Origin: a phage
DNA length: 64,000 bases
NCBI GenBank assembly: GCA_026110335.1
Contig: GCA_026110335.1_3055.1
Direction: 5' to 3' (one strand)
The translations under genes and the position numbers were made by a program. This document shows positions 31,649 to 42,407 of the stretch, piece after piece. The notes under the pieces are model-generated. The model was not told where the DNA came from. It searched no databases and worked only from the letters and a program-made list of their open reading frames with translations. Each line of letters begins with the position of its first letter. The first letter of the stretch is position 1.

Positions 31649-32146
31649 TTATGCACAGCGAGCTTTGCTATAGTGTTTAATCCAACTTTCAGGAATGACT
31701 TTGTATGTTCCTAAAAATACCGCGTTGTACAACTTAACGCCATCTTCTACCCATTGATCGGTAATGTATGCACACATAGCACGAGTACGATGTTTTTGAA
31801 CAACCCCTTCCTCATCTTCGGTAAATTCGAATTCATAAGGAGCAATGAACTTAATAGCCTGACCGAGTTTCCACTTAAAGTCTACACCTACATGCGAAGT
31901 ATCAATCGTTTCAATTTCTTTAGCGGGAACAGCTTTCAAAAACGCAGATTCAAGAAATTTCGCGCGAACATAACCAAACTGAGGTTTAGACTTTCCATCT
32001 TTAGGAATGATACGCACTTTTACTTCAGAATCTTCATCTTTAACGCCGTGTTTAAGCTGAATGCTTACAATTTCGACCAATTTTCCTGCTGCTTTAGAGC
32101 GGGATTTATCAGATACACGAGCAATTTCACCAATATTAATAATCAT
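31649..32146 (-). CDS. hypothetical protein, MotB-like paralog 1
   Basis: 165 aa; C-terminal 'ITDQWVEDGVKLYNAVFLGTYKVIPESW' shared with next ORF. Confidence 0.5.
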   Translation of the reverse strand: MIINIGEIARVSDKSRSKAAGKLVEIVSIQLKHGVKDEDSEVKVRIIPKDGKSKPQFGYVRAKFLESAFLKAVPAKEIETIDTSHVGVDFKWKLGQAIKFIAPYEFEFTEDEEGVVQKHRTRAMCAYITDQWVEDGVKLYNAVFLGTYKVIPESWIKHYSKARCA

Positions 32147-32222
32147 AGTTATCTCTCACTTGTTAAAAAGATTTTATACTCCACAGGACCATTATACTCT
32201 GGTCCCAAGAGTTTGTAAACTA

Positions 32223-32768
32223 TTAATTCAAAATAGCTACCACCGCACTACGAGGTACTACACTAAAATCTCCTGCATGGACAACGTTCAGAAGCTCAAC
32301 ACCATCTTCAATCCACTGGTCTGTTACCCAACCACAGATAGGATTATCAAAAGGACGACGGATAGACACAGCAGCACACAACAGGTCTGTAGGGTCTTGT
32401 TCTTCAACTTCTTGGAACAGGATGAACTCATCTTCATAAACCAGGTTTTTCTTTATTTTGTTATTATCTAACCGGCGACCGTGGATGACGTAAGATTTGT
32501 CAAACCACTCACTTTTGGCAAATTCTTCAACAATAAATTCGCCTTCGCCAAAAACATCAGTCAGAGTTTTATGACCAGAAATCAAGGCATTAGTTTTAAT
32601 TTTAGGTTCAACCAGTTTGTAGGTTTTGCCGATTTCAATAGCGGTAGTCATAGTAGGTTCCTTAATTTCCAATGGTTTAACAGGGCATACATAAGTACTT
32701 ACAACGTCAAAATCAATCAGTTTAGCTGCCGGATTCGGTGTGTATTCAGGATTATAATTAAATTTCAT
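32223..32768 (-). CDS. hypothetical protein, MotB-like paralog 2
   Basis: 181 aa; C-terminal 'VTDQWIEDGVELLNVVHAGDFSVVPRSA'. Confidence 0.5.
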   Translation of the reverse strand: MKFNYNPEYTPNPAAKLIDFDVVSTYVCPVKPLEIKEPTMTTAIEIGKTYKLVEPKIKTNALISGHKTLTDVFGEGEFIVEEFAKSEWFDKSYVIHGRRLDNNKIKKNLVYEDEFILFQEVEEQDPTDLLCAAVSIRRPFDNPICGWVTDQWIEDGVELLNVVHAGDFSVVPRSAVVAILN

Positions 32769-32770
32769 AA

Positions 32771-33283
32771 TTATCTCATTTCAATAAAATCTACAAGTTC
32801 AGCATGGGATTTACGGAACATTACTTGGTGCCCGCCAATGATAACTTCATCTTCAGGAACTTCATAAATCGCAATGTACATTCCACGATCTTTTAAGTCT
32901 TCACGCTCTTCTCGGGTGAACCATCTCATCATATCATATTCACTAGCGAAAGCAAAATGATATAATGAAATAAGCCACAATGGAATATAATTTTCAAATT
33001 GTGAATAATCTTTATTCCATTTAGTTTTAATAGCATCATTAGCATTTTCAACTAATAACTTATCATCATGCGGAATAGGAATACTTTCATGACTTTCATA
33101 ATTATCGCTATGATGATGAAATGATGATGAATTAATACCGCAAAATTTTAGCCAAGTTCGAGTTTTCATAGAATCAAATCCACGATAAGGAGTTGATTGA
33201 ACGCATAACTCTTGCCTAATTTTCATTATACCACTATCATCATTTAATGCGCTAAACGATGATTCAACACGATAAATTTTCAT
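32771..33283 (-). CDS. hypothetical His-rich protein
   Basis: 170 aa; 'SSFHHHSDNYESHESIPIPHDD'; early promoter upstream. Confidence 0.5.
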   Translation of the reverse strand: MKIYRVESSFSALNDDSGIMKIRQELCVQSTPYRGFDSMKTRTWLKFCGINSSSFHHHSDNYESHESIPIPHDDKLLVENANDAIKTKWNKDYSQFENYIPLWLISLYHFAFASEYDMMRWFTREEREDLKDRGMYIAIYEVPEDEVIIGGHQVMFRKSHAELVDFIEMR

Positions 33284-33346
33284 TTTATTATCCTCAGTAG
33301 CTATGGTGTTATAATACCATAACTAACCGAGGAAGTAAACAACTTT

Positions 33347-34030
33347 TTATCGTTTTGTTGAAAGAGACAGAGGATCGCACTCTTCCTCTGATGGAGCGTC
33401 TTCAAGACCCATAGCATACCGCAAAGCATACTTCATCATCAGGATGTCTTTCGCACAGTCATGAATAGAATTATGCGCAACAAATCCATCTAAAGTTCCC
33501 TTTGGAAGAGGACACGTGGTCATATCACGAACAAGGAGAAGTGCTTCAATTCTGGTACGAATATCACGCTGATTCCAGAATTTACATGGTTCTAACTTAA
33601 ATGTATCAAGCTCATTCTCAGAAACGCCGTTAAGGCGTTGAATATCGCGAATGAGATCGACTAAAATTGGAAAATCAAACGACATTCCACGGCACCAGCC
33701 TTGAGATTTCCAAGGATCAATATTATGCGCATTGATGTAATCATTAAATTTTGCAATACCATCAATGGTGCTTACATCTTCATCTGATGGTGCAATATTT
33801 TTTCTAGCTTCAGGTGATTGATTTTTCCACCATTCGATAGTGCTTTTAGTAAAAAGACGATGTCCTTTTTGGCTTTTTAAATCAAATTTGATTTTAATGC
33901 CACGTGAAACTAGTTCATCGAATGTTTCAACGACTTCTGGATTAGGGTCAAAGGCAATAACAGCCAAATCAATAACAGCTGCCTTTTCGCCACTTCCCAT
34001 TGTTTCAAAATCTATAATAAAATCAAACAT
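33347..34030 (-). CDS. dexA: exonuclease A (DEDDh 3'-5' exonuclease)
   Basis: 227 aa; 'FDFIIDFETMG' Exo I motif; matches T4 DexA as recalled. Confidence 0.85.
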   Translation of the reverse strand: MFDFIIDFETMGSGEKAAVIDLAVIAFDPNPEVVETFDELVSRGIKIKFDLKSQKGHRLFTKSTIEWWKNQSPEARKNIAPSDEDVSTIDGIAKFNDYINAHNIDPWKSQGWCRGMSFDFPILVDLIRDIQRLNGVSENELDTFKLEPCKFWNQRDIRTRIEALLLVRDMTTCPLPKGTLDGFVAHNSIHDCAKDILMMKYALRYAMGLEDAPSEEECDPLSLSTKR

Positions 34031-34272
34031 TAAATTTTCCTTGCTAAATCGCGAATTTGACCTACAGTATAATCTTGAATATAAACTTTATTAATAGGTT
34101 CATCAATAAATTTTGCCATAGATTCAATGTCTTTTTGTATCTCTTCAAGACTGTATACTATCTTTGAAGCTTTTTCGCGAATAGTAATATTTTCAGGACC
34201 CGGATTTTCTTCAATGACAGCTTTAACATTTGTCATAAGAGATTTAAACTGGTACCAACTCAATTCAATCAT
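34030..34272 (-). CDS. hypothetical protein (paralogous to next ORF)
   Basis: 80 aa; shares 'LEEI..D', 'DY..G.I' pattern with 34265-34525. Confidence 0.45.
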   Translation of the reverse strand: MIELSWYQFKSLMTNVKAVIEENPGPENITIREKASKIVYSLEEIQKDIESMAKFIDEPINKVYIQDYTVGQIRDLARKI

Positions 34273-34525
34273 TAATAATCGCCTTATAAAGATAGCTAAT
34301 TTCGCCTAAAATATAATCATTGATTGTAACAGTTTTCACTTCACCACAAAAGAATTCTAACGCAATTAAATCTCGTTCAATTTCTTCTAATTGAAGCCTC
34401 AACTTACTAGATTCTATTTTTACAGTTTCACGATTTTTGCTATAAGCAATTTCATAAATTTCGCTTACTTTATCTTGAAGAAGATAAAACTGATCTTTAG
34501 TTATTTCCACGAATAGCTTCCTCAA
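34265..34525 (-). CDS. hypothetical protein
   Basis: 86 aa. Confidence 0.45.
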   Translation of the reverse strand: MRKLFVEITKDQFYLLQDKVSEIYEIAYSKNRETVKIESSKLRLQLEEIERDLIALEFFCGEVKTVTINDYILGEISYLYKAIIND

Positions 34526-34531
34526 ATTTAA

Positions 34532-35851
34532 TCATACATAAAATACATCATAACGACCACGGGTAACACCAACATAAAGAAGTTGTTGGGCCAATTCAGC
34601 ATCTGCATAATGAATACAAGGCGTATAAATGAAAGCACGGTCTACAGACATGCCCTGAGCTTTATGGAATGTTGATGCAGGAAGTGCTTTCACTTTACTG
34701 AACTGTGATTTAGCATCCCAAAAATCACTCCACGGAGCTTTTCCGCCTTTGTTCCAATTTTTATAAGTTTCTGCCGTTTTACCTAAAAATAGGTTAAACT
34801 TATATAGCTCTTCATCAGATGAAATTATTTTAATTTTTTCACGATAATATTCATCATCGCCGTAAGTTTCTACTGTTAAATCCCAATGACGAATTAAGTA
34901 TTCTCCAGGAACACCACGAGCTTTAACAAACGTTGATGTATACTCTGCTTCTATAATACGAACTAACTGTCCGTTATTAAAAATAATTTCTGACACAGGC
35001 TTTCCATCAATTTTATATGTTTTAATTAATGGTTCCTGCATTACAATAATTTCACCGACAATAAAATCTTTATCAGTTTCAAAAATCTTTTTACGAATAA
35101 TGCTATTTAACTTGTCAACAGATTTATTCGTAAATGCCATTACGCGATTTTCAAACAAATCATCTAGAGATTTGACGATTGAAAAATAATTTACCATAAA
35201 ATCACGTAAAGCGGTATCACCAGTAAATCCACGTACTCCATGCCCGTCAACAATTTTATCATAAATCCACTTACCGTTACGAACGTCAGTAGCTACATCA
35301 ATAATAGGAGCATTACTGCGTTTAACTTCAGTGAGTTCACACTGATAAAAATCTTTGTGTGTAAAGAATGGACTGATATAAGCAGTATTTTCTCCTGGGT
35401 CAACAGGTCTAATTTGCTTATTATCGCCTATTCCAATTATAGTACACCACGGCGGGATAGTTGAAAGCAGAATTTTAAATAGCTTTCTATCATACATTGA
35501 CACTTCGTCGCAGATTAATACCCTGCATTTAGCTAAATCTGGCACTTCCTTCTGTTCAAAAAGAACGTTTTCTTCATACGTAACTGGGTTAATTTTAAGA
35601 ATACTGTGAATAGTACTCGCTTCTTTCCCCGACAGTTTTGAAAGAATCTTTTTAGCTGCATGTGTAGGAGCTGCCAAAATGATACCAGTTTCACCCGTAG
35701 ATATTAAAGCTTCAATGATGAACTTAGTAAGAGTAGTCTTACCGGTACCGGCAGGTCCATTAATAGTTACATGATGTTTCTTTTCTTTAATAGCCTTCAT
35801 AACGATGTTAAAGGCATTTTTCTGGCCTTCTGTCAAATCATCAAATGTCAT
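34532..35851 (-). CDS. dda: Dda DNA helicase (SF1B)
   Basis: 439 aa; Walker A 'GPAGTGKT'; matches T4 Dda as recalled. Confidence 0.9.
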   Translation of the reverse strand: MTFDDLTEGQKNAFNIVMKAIKEKKHHVTINGPAGTGKTTLTKFIIEALISTGETGIILAAPTHAAKKILSKLSGKEASTIHSILKINPVTYEENVLFEQKEVPDLAKCRVLICDEVSMYDRKLFKILLSTIPPWCTIIGIGDNKQIRPVDPGENTAYISPFFTHKDFYQCELTEVKRSNAPIIDVATDVRNGKWIYDKIVDGHGVRGFTGDTALRDFMVNYFSIVKSLDDLFENRVMAFTNKSVDKLNSIIRKKIFETDKDFIVGEIIVMQEPLIKTYKIDGKPVSEIIFNNGQLVRIIEAEYTSTFVKARGVPGEYLIRHWDLTVETYGDDEYYREKIKIISSDEELYKFNLFLGKTAETYKNWNKGGKAPWSDFWDAKSQFSKVKALPASTFHKAQGMSVDRAFIYTPCIHYADAELAQQLLYVGVTRGRYDVFYV

Positions 35852-36159
35852 CGGAAAGTCCCTGCAATTGGAATACTAACAATACGCCCAGTATCTAAAA
35901 TTCGCTGATATAATCTTTGTGTCTCCGCATCTAGTTTAACGTGTTTCATTTCAAGCTTATTAAACCAGAACTTACGCGGAGTTTCGACCATTCTTAGAAC
36001 TCCCATTTTTAAATCTGTTTTATACTGCGTTTTCAAAGTATCGAAAACTTTATCTGCAATATCCTTTCTAAAAAATACTGCAGGACGATGCTCATCAAGT
36101 GGAACCGGGACAGTAAATCCTTCCATATCTCGATAAACTATTGCATATACATAAACCAT
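35848..36159 (-). CDS. hypothetical protein (dda.1-like position)
   Basis: 103 aa; overlaps dda start by 4 nt. Confidence 0.5.
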   Translation of the reverse strand: MVYVYAIVYRDMEGFTVPVPLDEHRPAVFFRKDIADKVFDTLKTQYKTDLKMGVLRMVETPRKFWFNKLEMKHVKLDAETQRLYQRILDTGRIVSIPIAGTFR

Positions 36160-36161
36160 AA

Positions 36162-36911
36162 TTAACCTTTAATCAGTTGGAATAATGATGCGCTAAGTGG
36201 TAAGCCACGTTTCAATTTTAATTTACCAATGAAACCAATCTTTTCAAAACGTTGCAGACCTTGGATAACTTTATCATATGTTTCGAAAAGCGATTCAGCG
36301 TTAGTTAATTTAGTTTTAGTTTTCCAGTCAGAGCCTTTAAGAAGAACGTTGAGTTTAGTAAGTTCATGACCTTCTGCTTGATGTGAGCCATTAATGCGTG
36401 CTTTCAAAGCAACAATTTTAAGTTTAGATTCGTTAGATAAAGGTTGATTTTTCATCATGTTCGCCATATGCTTAACACGATTTTCACGTTTTGCTCGGAT
36501 TTTTAAAATAGTGCCATAAACCTTTTTAATTTGGGCCCACTTCTTCTCGTCGAGATTAAGTTTCTCTACTTTACGGGCAGAAGGATTAGCGATACGTCTT
36601 GCAATGGCATCACGTTTCTCAATAAGTTCTTCTAATGTTAAATCAGAACGAGCCGTGTTATATTTTTTCTTAACCGGGATAACATTACCTTTAATGTAGC
36701 CGATATCGTTATTAAAACGTTCTAACGATAATTTCTCTCCTTCAATACGATTATCAAAAGGTTCTCCTGAGTAAGCGCAAACTTTCTGATCTAAAATGTT
36801 CTTAATGTAATTGAAGTCTAAGTTAAAATCTTTAGAACGTCTTTTAGCTGATGCCTGAGTGTGCTCTAAACGACGTTTAATTTTACGAATTTGATTATTA
36901 GACAGTTTCAT
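36162..36911 (-). CDS. srd: Srd-like protein
   Basis: 249 aa; position between dda and modA; basic, helical. Confidence 0.55.
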   Translation of the reverse strand: MKLSNNQIRKIKRRLEHTQASAKRRSKDFNLDFNYIKNILDQKVCAYSGEPFDNRIEGEKLSLERFNNDIGYIKGNVIPVKKKYNTARSDLTLEELIEKRDAIARRIANPSARKVEKLNLDEKKWAQIKKVYGTILKIRAKRENRVKHMANMMKNQPLSNESKLKIVALKARINGSHQAEGHELTKLNVLLKGSDWKTKTKLTNAESLFETYDKVIQGLQRFEKIGFIGKLKLKRGLPLSASLFQLIKG

Positions 36912-36992
36912 ATTTTTCTCACATCTTACGGACGGTTAACTACTTATACTATAACATTTTTACTTCAGATTGTAAACAACTTTATGTAAAAA

Positions 36993-37017
36993 TGCTTTAA
37001 AAATTTCATGGTATAAT
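36993..37017 (+). promoter_or_regulatory. canonical MotA-box middle promoter on the plus strand, antisense to modA
   Basis: aaaaTGCTTTA, exactly 12 nt, TATAAT; no plus-strand ORF downstream. Confidence 0.4.
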
Positions 37018-37034
37018 GAATCTAAGTCCTTCCA

Positions 37035-37637
37035 TTATAGATTAAATCCTTCAAAATCAAGAGTATAGATAGTATATGTTGAATACTTTTTGTACTCATA
37101 TCTATCTGCAATTCTAAATACACTTCCAGCTGGTATCATTACTTCTTGTTCATCTGAAACTAATTCCATATTACGATAACGATGGCTATCCGGAAACTTA
37201 AAGTTTGGATTGTATTCTTTACAGCGTAGAGCTTTTATAGCATACTCCTGGAAATTGAATACCATGGGAGCTTTGAATTCAAAAATAACTTGTGTGTTAT
37301 ACTCTAAACCGGAAGCAAAATGTAGAGCTATGTTTTTATCATATGAAGCTGATACGACTTTATCAAATGTAATAATATCAATTCCTTGATTTAACACCTG
37401 CTTAGTCTCAGCTGGAACACCTCTCCAAAGAGGTTTATCGTTTGGAACCAAACGAGATTTGATTATTTCATTTAACCAAGTATGGTCATCTGGTTTGTTG
37501 GTAATACAATGAATTAAAAGTTCAATTTCAGATAAATTAAACCCTTCAGAAAGTAATTCTTCACGAATAGAAGCACGCACCGATGCATCCATTGATTTTA
37601 TTTTAAAATCTTTTAGTTGCATTACTGAGTATTTCAT
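37035..37637 (-). CDS. modA: ADP-ribosyltransferase ModA (candidate)
   Basis: 200 aa; position and length as recalled for T4 ModA; paralogous to neighbour. Confidence 0.6.
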   Translation of the reverse strand: MKYSVMQLKDFKIKSMDASVRASIREELLSEGFNLSEIELLIHCITNKPDDHTWLNEIIKSRLVPNDKPLWRGVPAETKQVLNQGIDIITFDKVVSASYDKNIALHFASGLEYNTQVIFEFKAPMVFNFQEYAIKALRCKEYNPNFKFPDSHRYRNMELVSDEQEVMIPAGSVFRIADRYEYKKYSTYTIYTLDFEGFNL

Positions 37638-38257
37638 TCAACTACCTCAATATCATAAACTTTAAATGTTCCAAATGAATCGTGTAATTTTTCTTTTGAA
37701 ATAGAAGTTATTTTATACTTTCCAATTGGAATCATCCATTCTTGTTCACACACAATCATCATTAAGTTATCAGTACGCTCTGAATCTAGCCCATCAGTAT
37801 CTTCATACGTGTACTTGAACTCAGTATTAGGAGAAGAAAGTATAATATCGCTGATATGGTCAGAATAATTAAAAGCTTTATCAGTTTTTAAGCGAAATAT
37901 TATTTCAGTGGAATATTCAACATAAGAAAAACCACATGCTGTGTGCAAACTAGTAGTAAATGAATCTACTCTGTTCGTTGAAAACACTTCTCCAACTTGT
38001 AAATCTTTAATAAGTTCTTCTGTTGATTTTGATATACCACGATATAACTGATAAGGCGATTTAGTTAAATGCTTTTTAATGATTTTATTCAATTGCCGAT
38101 GAAGAGCTTCATTCTTTTTAGCTTCCATACATTGCCAAAGAACAGACTGCTCAAAGTCAGTAAATTTTTCACAGACCTTTTTATACATATCATATTGAAA
38201 ATCAACGCTTTCAGCTTTTATAGATAACTGTTCAACATCTGCAAGATTAATAATCAT
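37634..38257 (-). CDS. modB: ADP-ribosyltransferase ModB (candidate)
   Basis: 207 aa; position and length as recalled for T4 ModB. Confidence 0.6.
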   Translation of the reverse strand: MIINLADVEQLSIKAESVDFQYDMYKKVCEKFTDFEQSVLWQCMEAKKNEALHRQLNKIIKKHLTKSPYQLYRGISKSTEELIKDLQVGEVFSTNRVDSFTTSLHTACGFSYVEYSTEIIFRLKTDKAFNYSDHISDIILSSPNTEFKYTYEDTDGLDSERTDNLMMIVCEQEWMIPIGKYKITSISKEKLHDSFGTFKVYDIEVVE

Positions 38258-38324
38258 GATAGCCTCCGTATACTTCAGAAGCTATCATATCATCGTTAGA
38301 AAGGAAAGTAAACAACTTTTTGAA

Positions 38325-38507
38325 TTATTTTGCCCAGGGAGCCCAAGGCGGAGGGTCAAGATGGTATGAAGCTAGTTCTTCTAGAAGAGCATCTGGGGCT
38401 TCAATTCCATAATTCTGTAATACTATACGGTACTCTTTCTTATAATCACTAGAATCATTCTGGATATTCGTAGAATGATTATCTTCTAACATCTCAAATA
38501 AATCCAT
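38325..38507 (-). CDS. hypothetical protein
   Basis: 60 aa. Confidence 0.4.
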   Translation of the reverse strand: MDLFEMLEDNHSTNIQNDSSDYKKEYRIVLQNYGIEAPDALLEELASYHLDPPPWAPWAK

Positions 38508-38515
38508 ATTAATTC

Positions 38516-38986
38516 CTAGCGATAAAAACCAAAGTGACGATTAGCTTCAACAATCTTTCTTTCTTCTTCAGACATTCTCCAGCGTAGTCCAACATCAAAA
38601 TGAGCCCAGACCATCCTAACAAATGCATTTATATCTTTAATATCTTCAATAATGAATGTTTTACTTTTAGAAGGTTGACTCGCTAATTTAACTTTATCGT
38701 CTTCAAACATGTCAAAAAGACCATATTCATGAGCTCTTTTATAGCCTTTAATAGTTAAAGCTTCAGAAGAAGAAAACGGTGAATCAGTATTCTGCAAAAT
38801 ATCTTCAGTATGCTTTATAATTAGAATAACATTTTCTGGATATTTTCTTTCTTTTATATCTTTAATTAAAATATCCGGATTTTCTGCTAAAGGAATAATT
38901 AACGAGCATTTTTTATCAAGTGTATTTACTGATTTACCTTCTTTAGACATAAATTCTATTGAATAATGTTTTGCTACTTCAATCAT
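38516..38986 (-). CDS. hypothetical protein
   Basis: 156 aa. Confidence 0.5.
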   Translation of the reverse strand: MIEVAKHYSIEFMSKEGKSVNTLDKKCSLIIPLAENPDILIKDIKERKYPENVILIIKHTEDILQNTDSPFSSSEALTIKGYKRAHEYGLFDMFEDDKVKLASQPSKSKTFIIEDIKDINAFVRMVWAHFDVGLRWRMSEEERKIVEANRHFGFYR

Positions 38987-39139
38987 GTGATTTCCTTTTG
39001 CCTACTAATGGACCGTCAGGAATTTTGTTTTCCTGGATATATTTCTCATTTTCTTCCATCATTTTACTGCCAATTTTAAGAAGCAAATCCATTGCTTCAT
39101 TTGCTTTAGCTTTAGCCTCTTCTAACGTCATATCTCTGT

Positions 39140-39343
39140 TCACGATTTATCCCCATAGATGTCTCTCATCAATTTAAGCGCTGAGCGTTCTAGTTTCTTT
39201 TCTTTCTCAGCACTAATCATTGATTTCATCCATTCTTCCGATTCGTTCTGAATTTCTTTATTTGCTTGTTCAACCCAACCATCATCAATATACATTGAGT
39301 TTGGTCTACTAAACCATTCAAGAATCTTCTTGAGAACTTTCAT
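39140..39343 (-). CDS. hypothetical protein
   Basis: 67 aa. Confidence 0.45.
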   Translation of the reverse strand: MKVLKKILEWFSRPNSMYIDDGWVEQANKEIQNESEEWMKSMISAEKEKKLERSALKLMRDIYGDKS

Positions 39344-39803
39344 TTGTTTTACCTAAAACAATAGTAGGAGCATCGTCAAATTCATGAATTTTTAGCAATT
39401 TTGGATTTAAATTATTCCATACATAATAAATAAAGTATGATAAAGCATCTTCACTCGCAATTATAAATTTATTTCCTTTATCTATTTTCCAGTCATATAC
39501 TGAATCGTACGAATAAAAAGATAAAGGGTTATCATTATATTGTTCTGCGCTAACATTAATGTATTCGGATTTAGTAAATGCTTCAATTGCTCTAAACGGA
39601 CTATTTGACACAGTTTCAATAATTCCGATCTTTTTAAGTTTTATTTCAGCATCTTCTGGAACTGGCATTGAAACGAAATTTTCTACGAGATACATAGGGT
39701 TACGATAACCCTTATCAATCATTACGGCTACAGTAATTGGAACATCTTTAGCAAACGACATGCTATTACTGCTAATATACATTTCAAACAAAATCGCTTC
39801 CAT
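39318..39803 (-). CDS. mrh: Mrh-like protein (candidate)
   Basis: 161 aa from ATG at 39803 (GAGGAAAATT-ATG; track start is TTG); length and position as recalled for T4 Mrh. Confidence 0.45.
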   Translation of the reverse strand: MEAILFEMYISSNSMSFAKDVPITVAVMIDKGYRNPMYLVENFVSMPVPEDAEIKLKKIGIIETVSNSPFRAIEAFTKSEYINVSAEQYNDNPLSFYSYDSVYDWKIDKGNKFIIASEDALSYFIYYVWNNLNPKLLKIHEFDDAPTIVLGKTNESSQEDS

Positions 39804-39811
39804 AATTTTCC

Positions 39812-40153
39812 TCAATCACAAGATGTAGATGAACAGCTAGAATCACAAGAACTTCCACATGAATCGCCCGTCCATACATGAACAGGAACATTAGTGTCAT
39901 ATGAATCAGAACTAGACTGTATATTCTGCGTATTAGATGATGTAGTAGGTGGTGACCAGCGCCAAGGATTTTTATAATATTCTTGGGCTTCTTCATAAGT
40001 CATAGTAACTGCTTCTACTGTTCCATCTCCCATATAAACATACTCAACTACAGTTAAAGGAAGGTAGTCATTTGAAATAGGAACTACACCTTCTCCGGGA
40101 GTTGTAGAGAAAAAATCCGTAAAGAAACTTTTAAACCAATTAAAGATAAACAT
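39812..40153 (-). CDS. hypothetical protein with Cys/Ser-repeat C-terminus
   Basis: 113 aa; hydrophobic N-terminus '[15 protein letters not shown]'; C-terminal '[18 protein letters not shown]'. Confidence 0.5.
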   Translation of the reverse strand: MFIFNWFKSFFTDFFSTTPGEGVVPISNDYLPLTVVEYVYMGDGTVEAVTMTYEEAQEYYKNPWRWSPPTTSSNTQNIQSSSDSYDTNVPVHVWTGDSCGSSCDSSCSSTSCD

Positions 40154-40359
40154 TACAAAAAGCCTCTTTTGAATTCGACTTGCTTTTCACCATAATCATA
40201 TCGAATCTCTGCATTAAATTCGACAGAACCATCTGCGTACATCATAAATGAATGCACAACAACTTCTGTGGACCATGGTTGTAGTTCATATTTCTTCATT
40301 ACATGCCGTGAAATGATAATATCTAAATCTTCATTCGGTTTAATCCAACGATTTAACAT
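40153..40359 (-). CDS. hypothetical protein
   Basis: 68 aa; early promoter upstream. Confidence 0.45.
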   Translation of the reverse strand: MLNRWIKPNEDLDIIISRHVMKKYELQPWSTEVVVHSFMMYADGSVEFNAEIRYDYGEKQVEFKRGFL

Positions 40360-40457
40360 AGTGCTCTCCTCTATAAGATAATTCTATTATACCATACTCA
40401 TTTTGGAAAGTAAACCATTTAAATGAAAAAAGGACTCCCGAAGGAGTCCTTGAATTA

Positions 40458-40694
40458 TTAACCACCTATTGCTGTAGGCGTAAACATTGCAGCATTCTTA
40501 GTTTTCCAAGTTGCTGCATCGGAAACTACATCAGAATAAGCTGCTTTTTCTGACGGAAAGATTTGATAATGAGAATCTGCAATACGATGCTCGTTAGAAT
40601 AGATTTCAAATGGAACAGAAACTTCCATACCTTTAACTTCTTTGCCTTCACCCGCTGGATGAGTAAAGGTCTTGATGTTAACGAAACCACCCAT
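40458..40694 (-). CDS. soc: small outer capsid protein Soc
   Basis: 78 aa; late promoter TATAAATA 32 nt upstream; 'VNIKTF', 'HYQIFPSEKAAYS' match T4 Soc as recalled. Confidence 0.8.
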   Translation of the reverse strand: MGGFVNIKTFTHPAGEGKEVKGMEVSVPFEIYSNEHRIADSHYQIFPSEKAAYSDVVSDAATWKTKNAAMFTPTAIGG

Positions 40695-40725
40695 AATAAA
40701 CTCCTTTATTGTTTAATTACAGGTG

Positions 40726-40733
40726 TATTTATA
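40726..40733 (-). promoter_or_regulatory. late promoter for soc
   Basis: TATAAATA on minus strand 32 nt upstream of soc ATG. Confidence 0.65.
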
Positions 40734-40736
40734 TCA

Positions 40737-41255
40737 TCAATAACCTCGGTCTTGACGAGCGAAGTTTTCAGCATTTTTCAGATAATAAAGTTTAAAGATT
40801 TCTTCAGCTGACATTCCAAGAGCAATGAATTTATTCATGAAAAAGTGAAATTGGTCAATTAGTTCAAATTTAATTTCAAGCTGATCTTCAGGAGATAAAT
40901 CTTGAATTTTCTTGGATTGCATTTCAGAATAACGTTTCTTCCAAGGTTTCCATACAGCAGAAGCTTCTTTTTCGCCATTACTCATACCGCCAAGAGAAGT
41001 ATATAACTCGCGAGTTTCGTCTGCGATATAATCGTCTTGGTTTCGCAACCAAGCAAGAACTTCTCCTGCAGTTTCAAGTGAATCGGGATGACGATTTGTT
41101 TCTGGTTTATCATTAGCCAAACGAATCTGTAAATGCCGCTGCATATCAAGCATAACCTGCAGTGGGTCAATATTGTGCATAATATTCTCAGCATATGCAC
41201 GATTTGCTTTATCAACACCTTCGATCAAATGAGCACATTCATTAAAGTGAGCCAT
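40737..41255 (-). CDS. 56: dCTPase/dUTPase gp56
   Basis: 172 aa from 'MAHFNECAHL' (AAGGA SD; track start is TTG); MazG-like fold expected. Confidence 0.8.
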   Translation of the reverse strand: MAHFNECAHLIEGVDKANRAYAENIMHNIDPLQVMLDMQRHLQIRLANDKPETNRHPDSLETAGEVLAWLRNQDDYIADETRELYTSLGGMSNGEKEASAVWKPWKKRYSEMQSKKIQDLSPEDQLEIKFELIDQFHFFMNKFIALGMSAEEIFKLYYLKNAENFARQDRGY

Positions 41256-41315
41256 TATTTTTCCTTTCAATTCATCAATAAGTTAAATAATTATATCATT
41301 TGAATATGTAAGCAA

Positions 41316-42104
<789 letters not shown>

Positions 42105-42206
42105 TCATTTATTGCAGCAAAAAACGAATTATACAATTCTTCATCATATGTATTTGATAGTAATACTAACACGTTTTGCGATAAATATTAATTTAAAGGA
42201 GGACAT

Positions 42207-42407
42207 ATGGTACAAAAATTAATGGCACTTGTTAATGCCATAAAAGGTAATAAGAAACGTATAGCTTTTACTATTTCTGCTATGATAGGAATTTTACTTT
42301 GGAATTTTGTTTTATCGCCAGTTGCTATTGCTCATGGCGTTAGTATTCCAGTAGTTACTCTTGATACATTCGTAGATTTAGCATTTGCTTTAGTTGGGTT
42401 AATTTAA
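42207..42407 (+). CDS. hypothetical two-TM membrane micro-protein, plus strand
   Basis: 66 aa; AAGGAGG SD 4 nt before ATG; two hydrophobic helices; stop overlaps the gene 61 stop convergently. Confidence 0.5.
   Translation: MVQKLMALVNAIKGNKKRIAFTISAMIGILLWNFVLSPVAIAHGVSIPVVTLDTFVDLAFALVGLI

Noticed and set aside
39784-39996. 70-aa ORF overlapping the 113-aa Cys/Ser-repeat ORF
   Set aside because: Out-of-frame overlap with a better-supported ORF, no SD, His/Leu-rich low-complexity product
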